DNA of 64,000 nt from NCBI RefSeq assembly GCF_009914755.1, contig NC_060943.1, one strand, 5' to 3'. Positions within the stretch are counted from its first letter, which is position 1. Each line of letters starts with the position of its first letter. Positions 1 to 13,410 of this stretch are shown here, piece by piece. The stretch is from the human T2T-CHM13v2.0 reference genome, Homo sapiens. Made by a program: the position numbers and the translations under genes. The notes below the pieces were generated by a model. The model saw nothing but the letters and a program-made list of their open reading frames with translations. It made no database searches and had not been told where the DNA came from.

Positions 1-156
1 ATCACATCAGAGACACTCAGTCCCAGAGTAGCAGGATGTGTGCCTCAACTTCACAAAGCTCACTTGCTGTGCACAATCATACCTTGCAAGCTGGGAGTGG
101 TGGTTCCTGCCTCTAATCCCAGCACCCTGGGAGGCTGAGACGGGAGGATCTCTTGA

Positions 157-414
<258 letters not shown>

Positions 415-827
415 TAGTAGAGACGGGGGTTTCACCATGTTGGCCAGGCCAGTCTCGAACTCCTGACCTCAGGTGATCTGCCTGCCTAGGCCTCCCAAAG
501 TGCTGGGATTACAGGCGTGAGCCACCATGCCTGGCCTGTACCTTGCAACTCTTACACAAAACCCCAGGTGCACACACTCGGGTGCCAGTCTGTGTTTTCC
601 AGAGACCTGGATGTAGCTTTTCCAGCTACTCGACTCATTTGGATGATGTAATTCCCCTCTCTGTGTCTCTTTTCTCCTCAACATGTGTAAACACTCCTTT
701 ATGGCTCTAGATCAATCTCAGGCTGGGTGTTCATGCCTGTAATCCCAGCATTTTTGGGAGGCCAAGGCAGGAGGATCACTTGAGTTCAGGAGTTGGAGAC
801 CAGCCTGGGGAATATAGCGAGACCCCG

Positions 828-871
<44 letters not shown>

Positions 872-956
872 CTGGTGCTGTGGCTCATGCCTGTAATCCC
901 AGCACTTTGGGAGGCCGAGGCGGGAAGATCACGAGGTCAGGAGACCAGCCTGGCTA

Positions 957-1379
<423 letters not shown>

Positions 1380-2401
1380 TCACTTGAGCCTGGGAGTTCA
1401 AGGCTGCAGTGAGTCATGATTATGCCACTGTACTCCAGCCTGGCCAATAGAGCGAGACCGTGTCTCAAAAAACAATAAGATGCACTTCACTCCACACTTT
1501 CCTTTCCTCTTTTCTTCAGTTCCATCTGGCCCCTAGCTCACTCCGTAGCTGTCTGACTCATGCAAATTGCTCCGCTCACACCACTAATGCTCTGTTAGGC
1601 TTCACTCTGCCCTGGGGTAGATAGAGGACCCAGGCCAGGTAAAAGTTAACCCTCGAAGAGGTCACTGGCTACATGATGGGAGACACACTACAAGGACCCT
1701 GAGAGGAGAAGATTGTTGCTGGGAAACAATCAAGGTGGACTTCCTGGGGGAGGAGTCTGTTCACTCAACCTCAGAGGCAGAAGAAGGAGGGCCCCCCTGG
1801 CACAGCCTGGGGTGCTGTCCCTTCCAACTACTTCCTGTGCAATCCCTCCCTCAAGGCCTGTGATGGTGAGGGTGGAGAGTGAGGCCCTTCCCCAGTGGGT
1901 GAGGAAAACCAGGGCCCACGCTTACTTCGAGGAGACAGCTGAGCACAGAGGTGTGACTCCAGCAAACGTGAGGTGCTAAGAGGGTGACGTTGAGTGCTCC
2001 ACGGTGGGCGGGGCCGCCTGGCTCAGATGTCCCGACCACAGTGCGTCACGGCGCTCCCTGACTGCGGCCTGAGTCTTCCCCAGGCGTTGAGGTCTTGTTT
2101 CCCTTCCCTGGGGGGCATGTTCAGAGCTCCGCCAAGCCCCCCAGCACAGATAGGAGTTCAGACCAGTCACAGTGAGACCTTGGCCAAGAGACCTCACTTT
2201 CTGGAGTTTTAATTTCTGTGCCCACGTTTTAGGGATGATGTTGTACCACAGAGCTGTAGAGAAACGTCAGTGACCATCACAATGACAGGTTGCCTTTATT
2301 GAACATTTACTATGTGCTCGGCACGGTGCTCAGAGCAAGCTTTCCACTATTCTTTGAGATCCACTATGATTCCCATTTAACACATCTGAACAATGAGCTG
2401 A

Positions 2402-3322
<921 letters not shown>

Positions 3323-3344
3323 TGAAGAGCTGGAATTGAAGACT

Positions 3345-4057
3345 CCACAGGCAGCAAACATTTTTCTGAAAAGGACCAGACAGTAAATATTTTGGGCTTT
3401 GTGAGCTAGTCAGTCCCTTTTCACAACTCTTCAACTCCACCATAGTGTCAGGAAAGCCACCATAGACAATACGGAATGAAGGGAGGATCACTTGAGCCTG
3501 GGAGTTCGAATGAATGAAGGCCAGGTGCGGTGGCTCAGGCCTGTAATCCCAGCACTTTGGGAGGCCAAAGAGGTGGATCAGGAGGTCAGGAGATCAAAAC
3601 CGGCCTGGCCAAGACGGTGTAAACCCTGTCTCTACTAAAAACATAAAAATTAGGCATGGATGCGGGTGCCTGTAATGCCAGCTACTCAGGAGGCTAAGGC
3701 AGAGAATTGCTTGAACCTGGGAGGCAGAGTTTTCAGTGAGCCGAGATCATGCCATGGCACTCCAGCCTGGGCGACAGGGCGAGACTCCATCTCAAAACAA
3801 AAACAAAAACAAAAACAAAACCAGAAAAGACAATATGGAATGAATGAGTGTGGCTGTGTGCCAGGCACACTTTATTTATGGACAGTAAATGGGAAAGTCA
3901 TATCATTTGCACATGTCAGGAAATGTTATTTTTCTTTTGACATTTTTCCAGACATTCAAAAACAAAAACAATTAAGTGAAAGGATCTTCATCTACAAGGC
4001 TGTACAAAAACTGGCAGTGGGCCATATTTAGCTTTTGGCTGGAGTTTGCTGATCCTG
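3345..4057 (+). mobile_element. MER58B-like hAT DNA transposon interrupted by an Alu
   Basis: gcaaacatttttctgaaaaggaccagacagtaaatattttgggctttg...agtttgctgatcctg. Confidence 0.7.
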
Positions 4058-4285
4058 GCTCTAGAGTGTTCTTAACCTTTATGCTATAATTATTTCTCTT
4101 TTCATTTTTTTTTTTTTTTTTTTGAGATAGGGTCTCACTCTGTCACCCAGCCTGGAGTGCAGTGGTGCGATCCTAGCTCACTGCAGCCGCAACCTTCTGG
4201 TTTCAAGTGATCTTCCAACTCAGCCTCCTAAGTAGCTGGGACTACAGGCATGAGCCACCATGCCCAGTGGCATCAGGATCTTTAA

Positions 4286-4783
<498 letters not shown>

Positions 4784-5201
4784 TAGCTGGGAATACAGGC
4801 ATGAGGCACCATGCTCAGCGACATCAGTATCTTTAAATCTTTATTCCTGGCCTGGTGCAGTGGCTCATGTGTGTAATCCCAGCATTCTGGGAGGCTGAGG
4901 CGGGTGGATCACTTGAGGTTAGGAGTTCAAGACCAGCCTGGCCAACATGGAGAAACCTTGTCTCTACTAAAAGGAGGCAGAGGTTGCAGTGAGCCGAGAT
5001 GGTGCCACTGCACTCTGGCCTGGATGACGGAGCAAAACTGTCTCAAGAAAAAAAAAAATCTTTATTCCTGGTTGGTCAGCTTCCTTGGAGAGCGACCTTC
5101 TACCTATGCATCTTCTGGATCCTGGATGTGGAGGGAGTAGAGGCAAGCGCTGAGGGCATGTGTGTGTCTTAATTTCAACATTCACATTCCAGGTTCAATG
5201 A

Positions 5202-5510
<309 letters not shown>

Positions 5511-5531
5511 TGAACTCCTAACCTCAGGTGA

Positions 5532-5771
<240 letters not shown>

Positions 5772-6595
5772 TAATTTTTTGTATTTTTAGTAGAGACGGG
5801 TTTCACCATGTTGGCCAGGATGGTCTCGATCTCTTGACCTTGTGATCCACCTGCCTTGGCCTCCCAAAGTGCTGGGATTACAGGTTTGAGCCACCGCCCC
5901 GGCCATTCCTTTCTCTTAAGGAAAAAAAAAAAAAAAAAAAAAAAGGCTGCACGCCGTGGCTCACACCTGTAATCCCAGTACTTTTGGAGGCCAGGGCAGG
6001 AGGACCCATTCAGCCCAGGAGTTAGAGACCAGCCAGGGCAACATGGAGAGACTCCGTCTCAATTAACATATAAAATAAAATATCCTGTGTGCATTCACTT
6101 AGGAAAAAATGCAATAAAATAAAATAAAAAATAAGAATGAAAAAGGACCTGGCGACTCAGCAGCCCACCGAGGTAGCTCACGCCTATAATCCCAGCACTT
6201 TGTGAGGTCGAGACGAGCGGATCACTTGAGCCAAGGAGGTGGACTGGGCAATATGGTGAAACCCCATCTCTTCAAATAATACTAAATTAGCTGAGCATCG
6301 TGGTGCGCACCTATAGTCCTAGCTACCGGGGAAGCTGAGGTGAGAGGATTGCTTGAGCCTGGCGGTTGAGGTTGCTGTAAGCTGTCATTACCCACTGCAC
6401 TCCAGCCTCGGTGACAGTGTGAAATCCTGCCTCAAAAAAATAAAAATTACTTAGAAAGGGCCAGGTGAGGTGGCTCATACCTGTAGTCCCAGCACTTTGG
6501 GGAGTCTGAGGTGGGAGAGTCACTTAAGCCCAGGAGTTTGAGGTTGCAATGAACCACGATGACACCACTGCACTCCAGCCTGGGCAACAGAGTGA

Positions 6596-7011
<416 letters not shown>

Positions 7012-8899
7012 TAGAGTCTCGCTTTGTCACCCAGGCTGGAGTGCAGTGGCACGATCTCGGCTCACTGCAACCTCCGCCTCCCGGGTTCAAGGATTCTCTT
7101 GCCTCAACCTCCCGAGTAACTGGGATTATAGGCATCTGCCATCACGCCTGGCTAATTTTAGTATTTTTAGTAGAGATGGGGTTCACCATGTTAGTCAGGC
7201 TGGTCTTGAACTCCTGATCTCAGGTGATCCACCTGCCTCAGCCTCCCAGAGTGCTGGGATTACAGGCGTGAGCCACTGCGCCCGGCCTTCTTCTGCAAAT
7301 TTATCTATGGCAAACTTCTGTATTTTAGCCGCCATCCACCACATTATTCATAGTTGAGGGGATTCACCAACGAGTAGGTCTTAGGGGTGGTGGAAATCTA
7401 AGGAAACTCACCTTTCCGTTCTGCTGGCTTGTAATTTTTTTTTTTTGGTTTACGAACAATTGCTCAAGTGTGACTACAGTGAAGTTTCAGGAGACAGTGA
7501 AAACAGAGGCTGGTTCAGTTTGTCATCTTGACCCGGAAGGGATGGTGTAAAGGGAGACATGAGTGGTGAGAAAGTGTCTGGCAGTTGCGGTTCTGGGGAA
7601 AGAATGTTCCAGGCCGAGGAATAGCAGATGCGAAGGAAAAACGTGGGCACAAGTGGCATTCTCAAACTTGCGGGGCCGTCGGAATCTTCTGGAGGACACC
7701 CCCTCTGAGAGTTTCCGGAGGTTTAGGCGGGGTGCTAGAATTTGCATAGCTAATTGATAGTGGCCCTGTTGCTGGGTCGGGCCTCACACGTGGAGTACCC
7801 AAACCGTATATAGGAAGTGTTTAGCATTTGGTAATGCTCCTTCAACACTAGCCAGTAACATTACTGTTTTCTCTGCAATCCCCCAGGGAGGCCCAATACA
7901 GGATCAGACACAGTGCTGACCTGGAAGATACTTGTTCTGTTGAATGAGAAGTCTACCTTATGACTGGGCACGGTAACGCATGACTGGCATCACAGTGCTG
8001 AGAGGCCAAGACAGGAGCATTGCTTGAGTCCAGGAGTTTGAGACCAGCTGAGCAACATAGCAAGACCCTGTCTCTATAAAAAGTAAAAAATTAAAAAAAA
8101 AAATTGGTAGGCATGGTGGTATGTGCCTGTAGTTCCAGCTATTCAGGAGTCTAAGACAGGAGGATGGCTTGAACCCAGGATTGGAGGCTGCAGTGGGCTA
8201 TGATCGTGCCACTGCACTCCAGCTTGGGCGACAGAGCAAGACCTTGTATCTGAAAGCAAAACAAAAGTCCCTTTATTTTATGGGCTGTTGACTTCTGCTA
8301 GCAGAGGGATGAAAGGCGTGGTCTACCCTCCCATCTCCCATGGGGCTGGGAGATGGGAAGGGAGTTGGCCATTGTGGACCCACACTGGTCTGGGCAGACC
8401 AGGACTTCAACACCAGCCAAGGGCTTTCCCCGGGTCACGTCCCTCTCCATCTGGGAGTGCTTCCTCTTTTGGGGCCAAGTTTTCACCGCTTCTTGGCCCA
8501 TCCTCCCAGCCCCGGATTGGCCGCCTCCAGCAGGCCAGAGCAGATGGGAAATGTGTTTCCTCCAACTCGCTCAACACTGTCCCTTTCTTGCAAGGGGAAT
8601 TTCTCCACCTGGACTCTCCGAGCTTCTGCTTGTAGGGTCCCGAGGGGCTCCTGCCGGGAACCATCCAGTGGGTGGGTGGGGGCAGGCCAGGGAAGGCCCA
8701 GGGGTCCCGGGGAAGGTGGCCAGGAGGGCTGAGCATGACACTCAGGGTTCCACTGGGGGGTTGGGGATCAGGGGGCAGATGCTCCAGGAGTGAGGGTGGT
8801 TGAGGCTTGGCTGAAGCCTGACCCTTCTTAGGAAGTGCTGGATGTGGGGGAACCCGGGGGAGTCCTAGTGATGGGGGGCTAGGGGGTGCTGAGAGGAGG

Positions 8900-10260
8900 G
8901 GAAGGAGACAAAGAGAGACTAAAGAAGGAAAAGGAGAGAGACAGGGAGAGACAGAGAGTCAGAGAGAGACAGAGGGAATCAGAGACAGAGAGAAACAGGG
9001 AGAGAGACAGAAAGAGTGAGAGCCAGAGACATACAGAGACAGGGAGAGACACAGAGATGCATAAAGAGAGGGAGTCAGAGATGGAGAGAGACAGAGATAA
9101 CGGAGCCAGAGATAGGGAGAGTCAGAGACAGAGAGAAAGAAACACACAGACTGACACAGATAAAAGAGCCAGAGACAGGGAGAGGCAGAGACAAAGAGAG
9201 ATACAGAGACAGAGATAACAGAGCCAGAGACAGAGAGACAGAGACAGAGATAACAGAGCCAGAGACAGGGAGAGAGTGTCAGAGACAGAGACAGACACAG
9301 AGATAACAGAGCCAGAGATAGGGAGAGTCAGAGACAGAGAGAAAGAGACACAAGACAGACATAGATAAAAGAGCCAGAGACAGGGAGAGGCAGAGACAAA
9401 GAGAGATACAGAGACAGAGATAGCAGAGCCAGAGACAGGGAGAGAGTGTCAGAGACAGAGAGACAGACACAGAGATAACAGAGCCAGAGATAGGGAGAGT
9501 CAGAGACAGAGAGAAAGAGACAGACATAGATAAAAGAGCCAGAGACAGGGAGAGAGACACAGAGACAGAGACATAGAGACAGAGATAACAGAGCCAGAGA
9601 CAGAGTCAGAGACAGAGACAGAGAGAGCCAGACACAGAGACAGAGAGAGAGAGTCACAGCCAGAGACAGCGACAGAGATAACAGAAGCAGAGAGAGGGAG
9701 AAAGATAACAGAGCCAGAGACAGTCAGAGACAGAGATAGAGAGACAGAGATAACAGAGCCAGAGACAGATACAGAGACAGAGATAACGGAGCCAGAGATA
9801 GGGAGAGAGAGTCAGAGACAGAGAGAGATATATAGACAGAGATAACAGAGCCAGACATGGGGAGAGAGAGTCAGAGGCAGAGAGAGAGAAGACAGATAGA
9901 GAGACAGAGCCAGTGATAACAGAGCCAGAGACAGGGAGAGAGAGTCAGAGAGAGATACAATGAGAGACAGAGATAACAGCCAGAGACAGAGTTAGACAGA
10001 GAGATACAGAGACAGAGATAACAGAGCCAGAGACAGGGAGAGAGAATTAGAGACAGAGATAGAGAGAGACAGAGACAGAGATAATACAGGCACAGAGGCA
10101 CGCATAGACATAAATTGGCAGAGAGAGAGAAAGATCTCCTTCCACCCACTGCAGAGGCAATCAACAGAGACAGAGAAAGACGTTAACGGGGAGACACAGA
10201 GAGCAAAGGAGACTGAGTCAGCAAGAGACCCACAGAGATACCGGGAAAGAGCGGCAGAGA
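8900..10260 (+). repeat. GA-rich complex tandem repeat upstream of TNFSF9
   Basis: Recurrent monomer CAGAGATAACAGAGCCAGAGAC with a higher-order block restarting near 9091, 9297 and 9469. Confidence 0.95.
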
Positions 10261-10530
10261 GGGAGAACCAGGGCGATGGAGAGACAGCAGGGAGAAAGGA
10301 ACCTGGAGCCGAGCTTGGAAGGCCGGAAACGGAAAGGAGAGCGAAAAGCGGAGAGAGATCCGAGTGGAGAAAATTCCGCAGAGTCACGGGGACGAGGGGA
10401 AAGGCTCTGGGCTGGGAAGGGGCGTGGCCGCGGGCGGAGGGGCGTGGCCGCGGGCGGAGGGGCGTGGCCTCCTTTTGTAGCCAAGCAGCTATAAAAAGCG
10501 GCGCGCTGTGTCTTCCCGCAGTCTCTCGTC
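10200..10530 (+). promoter_or_regulatory. TNFSF9 proximal promoter
   Basis: TATAAAA at 10490-10496, about 30 nt before an Inr-like GCAGTCT (~10518-10524); tandem GC boxes 10419-10469; AP-1/MARE TGAGTCAGCA 10214-10223; ETS-like CCGGAAA/CGGAAA ~10323-10335; kB-like GGAATTTTCT on the - strand 10368-10377. Confidence 0.88.
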
Positions 10531-10860
10531 ATGGAATACGCCTCTGACGCTTCACTGGACCCCGAAGCCCCGTGGCCTCCCGCGCCCCGCGCTCGCGCCT
10601 GCCGCGTACTGCCTTGGGCCCTGGTCGCGGGGCTGCTGCTGCTGCTGCTGCTCGCTGCCGCCTGCGCCGTCTTCCTCGCCTGCCCCTGGGCCGTGTCCGG
10701 GGCTCGCGCCTCGCCCGGCTCCGCGGCCAGCCCGAGACTCCGCGAGGGTCCCGAGCTTTCGCCCGACGATCCCGCCGGCCTCTTGGACCTGCGGCAGGTG
10801 AGACGTGCCCCGACCCTCGGTAGCTGGTCTCGCGGGAGACCCCTACCGCCCCTCTGGGAC
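10380..10860. promoter_or_regulatory. CpG-island-like segment over the TNFSF9 promoter and exon 1
   Basis: Visibly high GC and CpG density relative to flanks; not computed. Confidence 0.8.
10531..10797 (+). CDS. TNFSF9: TNFSF9 (4-1BB ligand, CD137L) coding exon 1: cytoplasmic tail, type II transmembrane helix, stalk
   Basis: ATG at 10531 in gtcATGG context; translates MEYASDASLDPEAPWPPAPRARACRVLPWALVAGLLLLLLLAAACAVFL...LDLRQ (89 aa), the human 4-1BBL N-terminus; donor CAG|gtgaga at 10797/10798, phase 0. Confidence 0.99.
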
Positions 10861-11600
10861 TCCCTTCTCCCTCCCGCACCCCCAGGGACACCTGTTCTAC
10901 ACTCCCGGCCGGGGAGAGGAGACCCACCGGGGCTCCCATTCTCCATCTAGCACCGAGGCCGGGGGGGCACACCTTTCATCCCGCACCCCTACGACACCTC
11001 ATCTGTACCCCAGGCCGGGGGCGGGGAGGAGACCGCCCAACAGTTCTTTTTGGACCCCCCAAGGGTCTCCTTCTTCTAGTCCGGGGGGCACCCCTTTCAT
11101 CCTGCGCCCGCTACGAGACCCTATCTGTATCCCGGGAGGGGGAGAGGAGACCCCCACAAGTTCTTTTTGGACCTCCAAGGGCTCTCCTTCTCCGTCTTGC
11201 ACGGGAGGGCACCCCTTTCATTCCGCATCCCGAGACCCCATCAGCACCCCAGGCCAGGAGGAGGAGACCCCCACAGTCCTCAACCCCTCAGGGATACGTC
11301 TTCTGCACCCCGGGTCGGAGAAAGGCTGGCTTCCCTCCATGTGGCAGTGGGTGGGGGCACCCCTCTTCATTCCGCATTCCCAAGGCACCCCATCTGCACC
11401 CTGGACGGGGGACCCTCCGCGGTTCTCCAACCCTCGACGGCTTCCTTTCTCTATGTAGGACTTAGGACATTGAGGGCACCTCTTTTTACCCCGCACCCCC
11501 ACAAGCTCTGCATCTCTGGGGGGAACCTTTTTTCCATCCCCGATCCGAGGGGGGCACTTCCTCTTTATCTGGGACCGCCAAGGAGACCCCCAGTTCCTTT
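10830..11600 (+). repeat. Degenerate ~120-bp tandem repeat in TNFSF9 intron 1
   Basis: agttctttttggacc at 11042 and 11159; ggcac(a/c)cct(t/c)tt-type motif near 10966, 11086, 11208, 11356 and 11475. Confidence 0.8.
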
Positions 11601-11758
11601 GCTAACTCCCAAAGAGCCTTATCCCCAACATCTGAGGTACCCCTCTCCCTTTCAAGACCCCCAGGGGAATACCCCCAAGGGGGCTGGAAAGAAGAGGGAT
11701 CGCTTTTCCCTCCTGAATTCTTGGAGATCTGTCCTTGGGGCAGGTTGAGCCACCAGCT

Positions 11759-11760
<2 letters not shown>

Positions 11761-11793
<33 letters not shown>

Positions 11794-12132
11794 CGTGTTT
11801 GTGTGGGTGTTTGTGTTCGTGTGTGTGTGTTCGTGTGGGGGTGCGTATGTGTGTGTGTTCGTGGGTGTGTTTGTGTTCGTGTGGGTGTGTGTTCGTGTGG
11901 GTGTTTGTGTTTGTTCGTTCGTGTGGGTGTTTGTGTGTGTTCATGTGGGTGTGTTTGGATATTTGTGTTCGTGTGTGTCTGTGTGTGTTCGTGTGGGTGT
12001 TTGTGTGTGTTTGTGTTTGCGTTCGTGTGTGTGTTCGTGTTTGTTCGTGTGTCTGTGTGTTAATGTGGGTGTTCGTGTGTGTGTTCGTTTGTGTTTGTGT
12101 TCGTGTGTTTGTGTGTTTGTGTGTGTGTGTGT
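11761..12132 (+). repeat. Compound (GT)n/(GTTC) microsatellite in intron 1
   Basis: About 370 nt of GT repeats with interspersed GTTC and GGGT. Confidence 0.97.
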
Positions 12133-12283
12133 GCGGTCTCTGTTCTTTAGTTGGGAGGGAAGGGAAGCGTAGGCTTCAGGTCGGCACAGACTCTGGGGAC
12201 CCTGACAGCTGAAGTGAGTGGGGACAGAACCTCCATTTTCTAGGGGAACCCCCATCCACTTTCCTCCTTTCTACTTTTAACAG

Positions 12284-12314
12284 GGCATGTTTGCGCAGCT
12301 GGTGGCCCAAAATG
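12284..12314 (+). CDS. TNFSF9: TNFSF9 coding exon 2 (31 nt, GMFAQLVAQN plus first base of Val)
   Basis: Pyrimidine-rich tract then ttttaacag|GGCATG acceptor; donor AATG|gtaagt at 12314/12315; peptide is the first strand of the TNF homology domain. Confidence 0.98.
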
Positions 12315-12869
12315 GTAAGTATCCTCCGCCACTTCCGGTCCCTGGCCCCCCACCATCCCCACCCCGGGATACGAAGAAGGGGGAACCTGGAGAGTGAGGC
12401 TCTGCCGCACACTGGCTTTGACCCTTGACCGCTGCTGTCTCTGAAAGCTGCTACTTCCCCTCTTTGAACGCCACCGATCCCTCTTTCTGACTTGCTCTGA
12501 CTCTCTGGATGCCATGGCCTCCCCATCAGACCCCCATCTGGGCCCACCTGGGACCCCTGCCCTCTCAGAGCTGGGGCTTGACACCCCCAACCCCCAGCCT
12601 GGTTTTGTGTCTCTGGCCTCCTTCTTTTCGAAACCCTCTTCCCCGCTGCTTTTCTTCCCTCTTTCCTGCCCCTTCCCCACTCTCCCAGCCTCTCTTCCCT
12701 ACCTCTTCCCCTCGCCCAGAGCCTCCTCCTTACTCCCATTCTCTTCCCCATCCCCAGGCCCTCCTCCTGTCCCCTTCCCTCCCCCTAGACCCTCCTCCCT
12801 GCCCCTTCCCCAAACCCTCCCCAGCCCCATGCTCTCCCAGTTTCCAAGACACTCCTCCCAGCACCTTCC

Positions 12870-13410
12870 CTCCCCGTCCAGAGACTTCTTCCCCGCTCGA
12901 GACCTCTTCCCCCTTCCCCTCCCAGAGACCCCCTTCCCCCTTCCCCTCTCCATCTAGAGATCACTTCCCCCTTTCCCCTCCCCCTCCAGAAACCCCTTCC
13001 CCCTTCCCTCTCCCCTCCAGAGACCCCTTCCCCCTCCAAAGACCCCTTCCCCCTTCCTTCCCCCTCCAGAGACCCCTTTCCCCTTCCCTCCCCTTCCAGA
13101 GACCCCTTCCCCCTCCCCCTCCAAAGACCCCTTCCTCCTTCCCCTCCCTCTCCAGAGACCCCTTCCCCCTTCCCTCTCCCTCCAGAGACCCCTTCCCCCT
13201 TCCCTCTCCCTCCAGAGACCCCTTCCCCCTTCCCTCTCCCTCCAGAGACCCCTTCCCCCTTCCCTGCCCCCTCCAGAGTCCCCTTCCCCTCCAGAGTCCC
13301 CTTCCCCTCCAGAGGCCCCTTCCCCCTTCCCCCTCCCCCTCCAGAGACACCTTCTCCCTTCTCCCCCTCCAGAGACCCCTTCCCCCTTCCCTCCCCCTGC
13401 CTAAGACTCC
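12870..13410 (+). repeat. Pyrimidine-rich ~30-bp minisatellite in intron 2
   Basis: TCCAGAGACCCCTTCCCCCTTCCCTCTCCC at 13151, 13181 and 13211 (perfect) and 13241 (near-perfect), with degenerate copies on both sides. Confidence 0.95.

Noticed and set aside
8900-10260. CRISPR-like repeat-spacer array
   Set aside because: The intervening sequence is itself GA repeat, the context is eukaryotic and there are no cas genes.
10633-10650. (CTG)6 in the transmembrane codons as an expansion locus
   Set aside because: Short ordinary poly-Leu; nothing in the sequence suggests instability.
10531-10950. 139-aa ORF as a single-exon protein
   Set aside because: It is TNFSF9 exon 1 reading through the donor at 10798 into intron 1.
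10218-11748. Overlapping 140-240 aa ORFs around exon 1 and intron 1
   Set aside because: Stop-poor GC-rich and tandem-repeat sequence with low-complexity translations.
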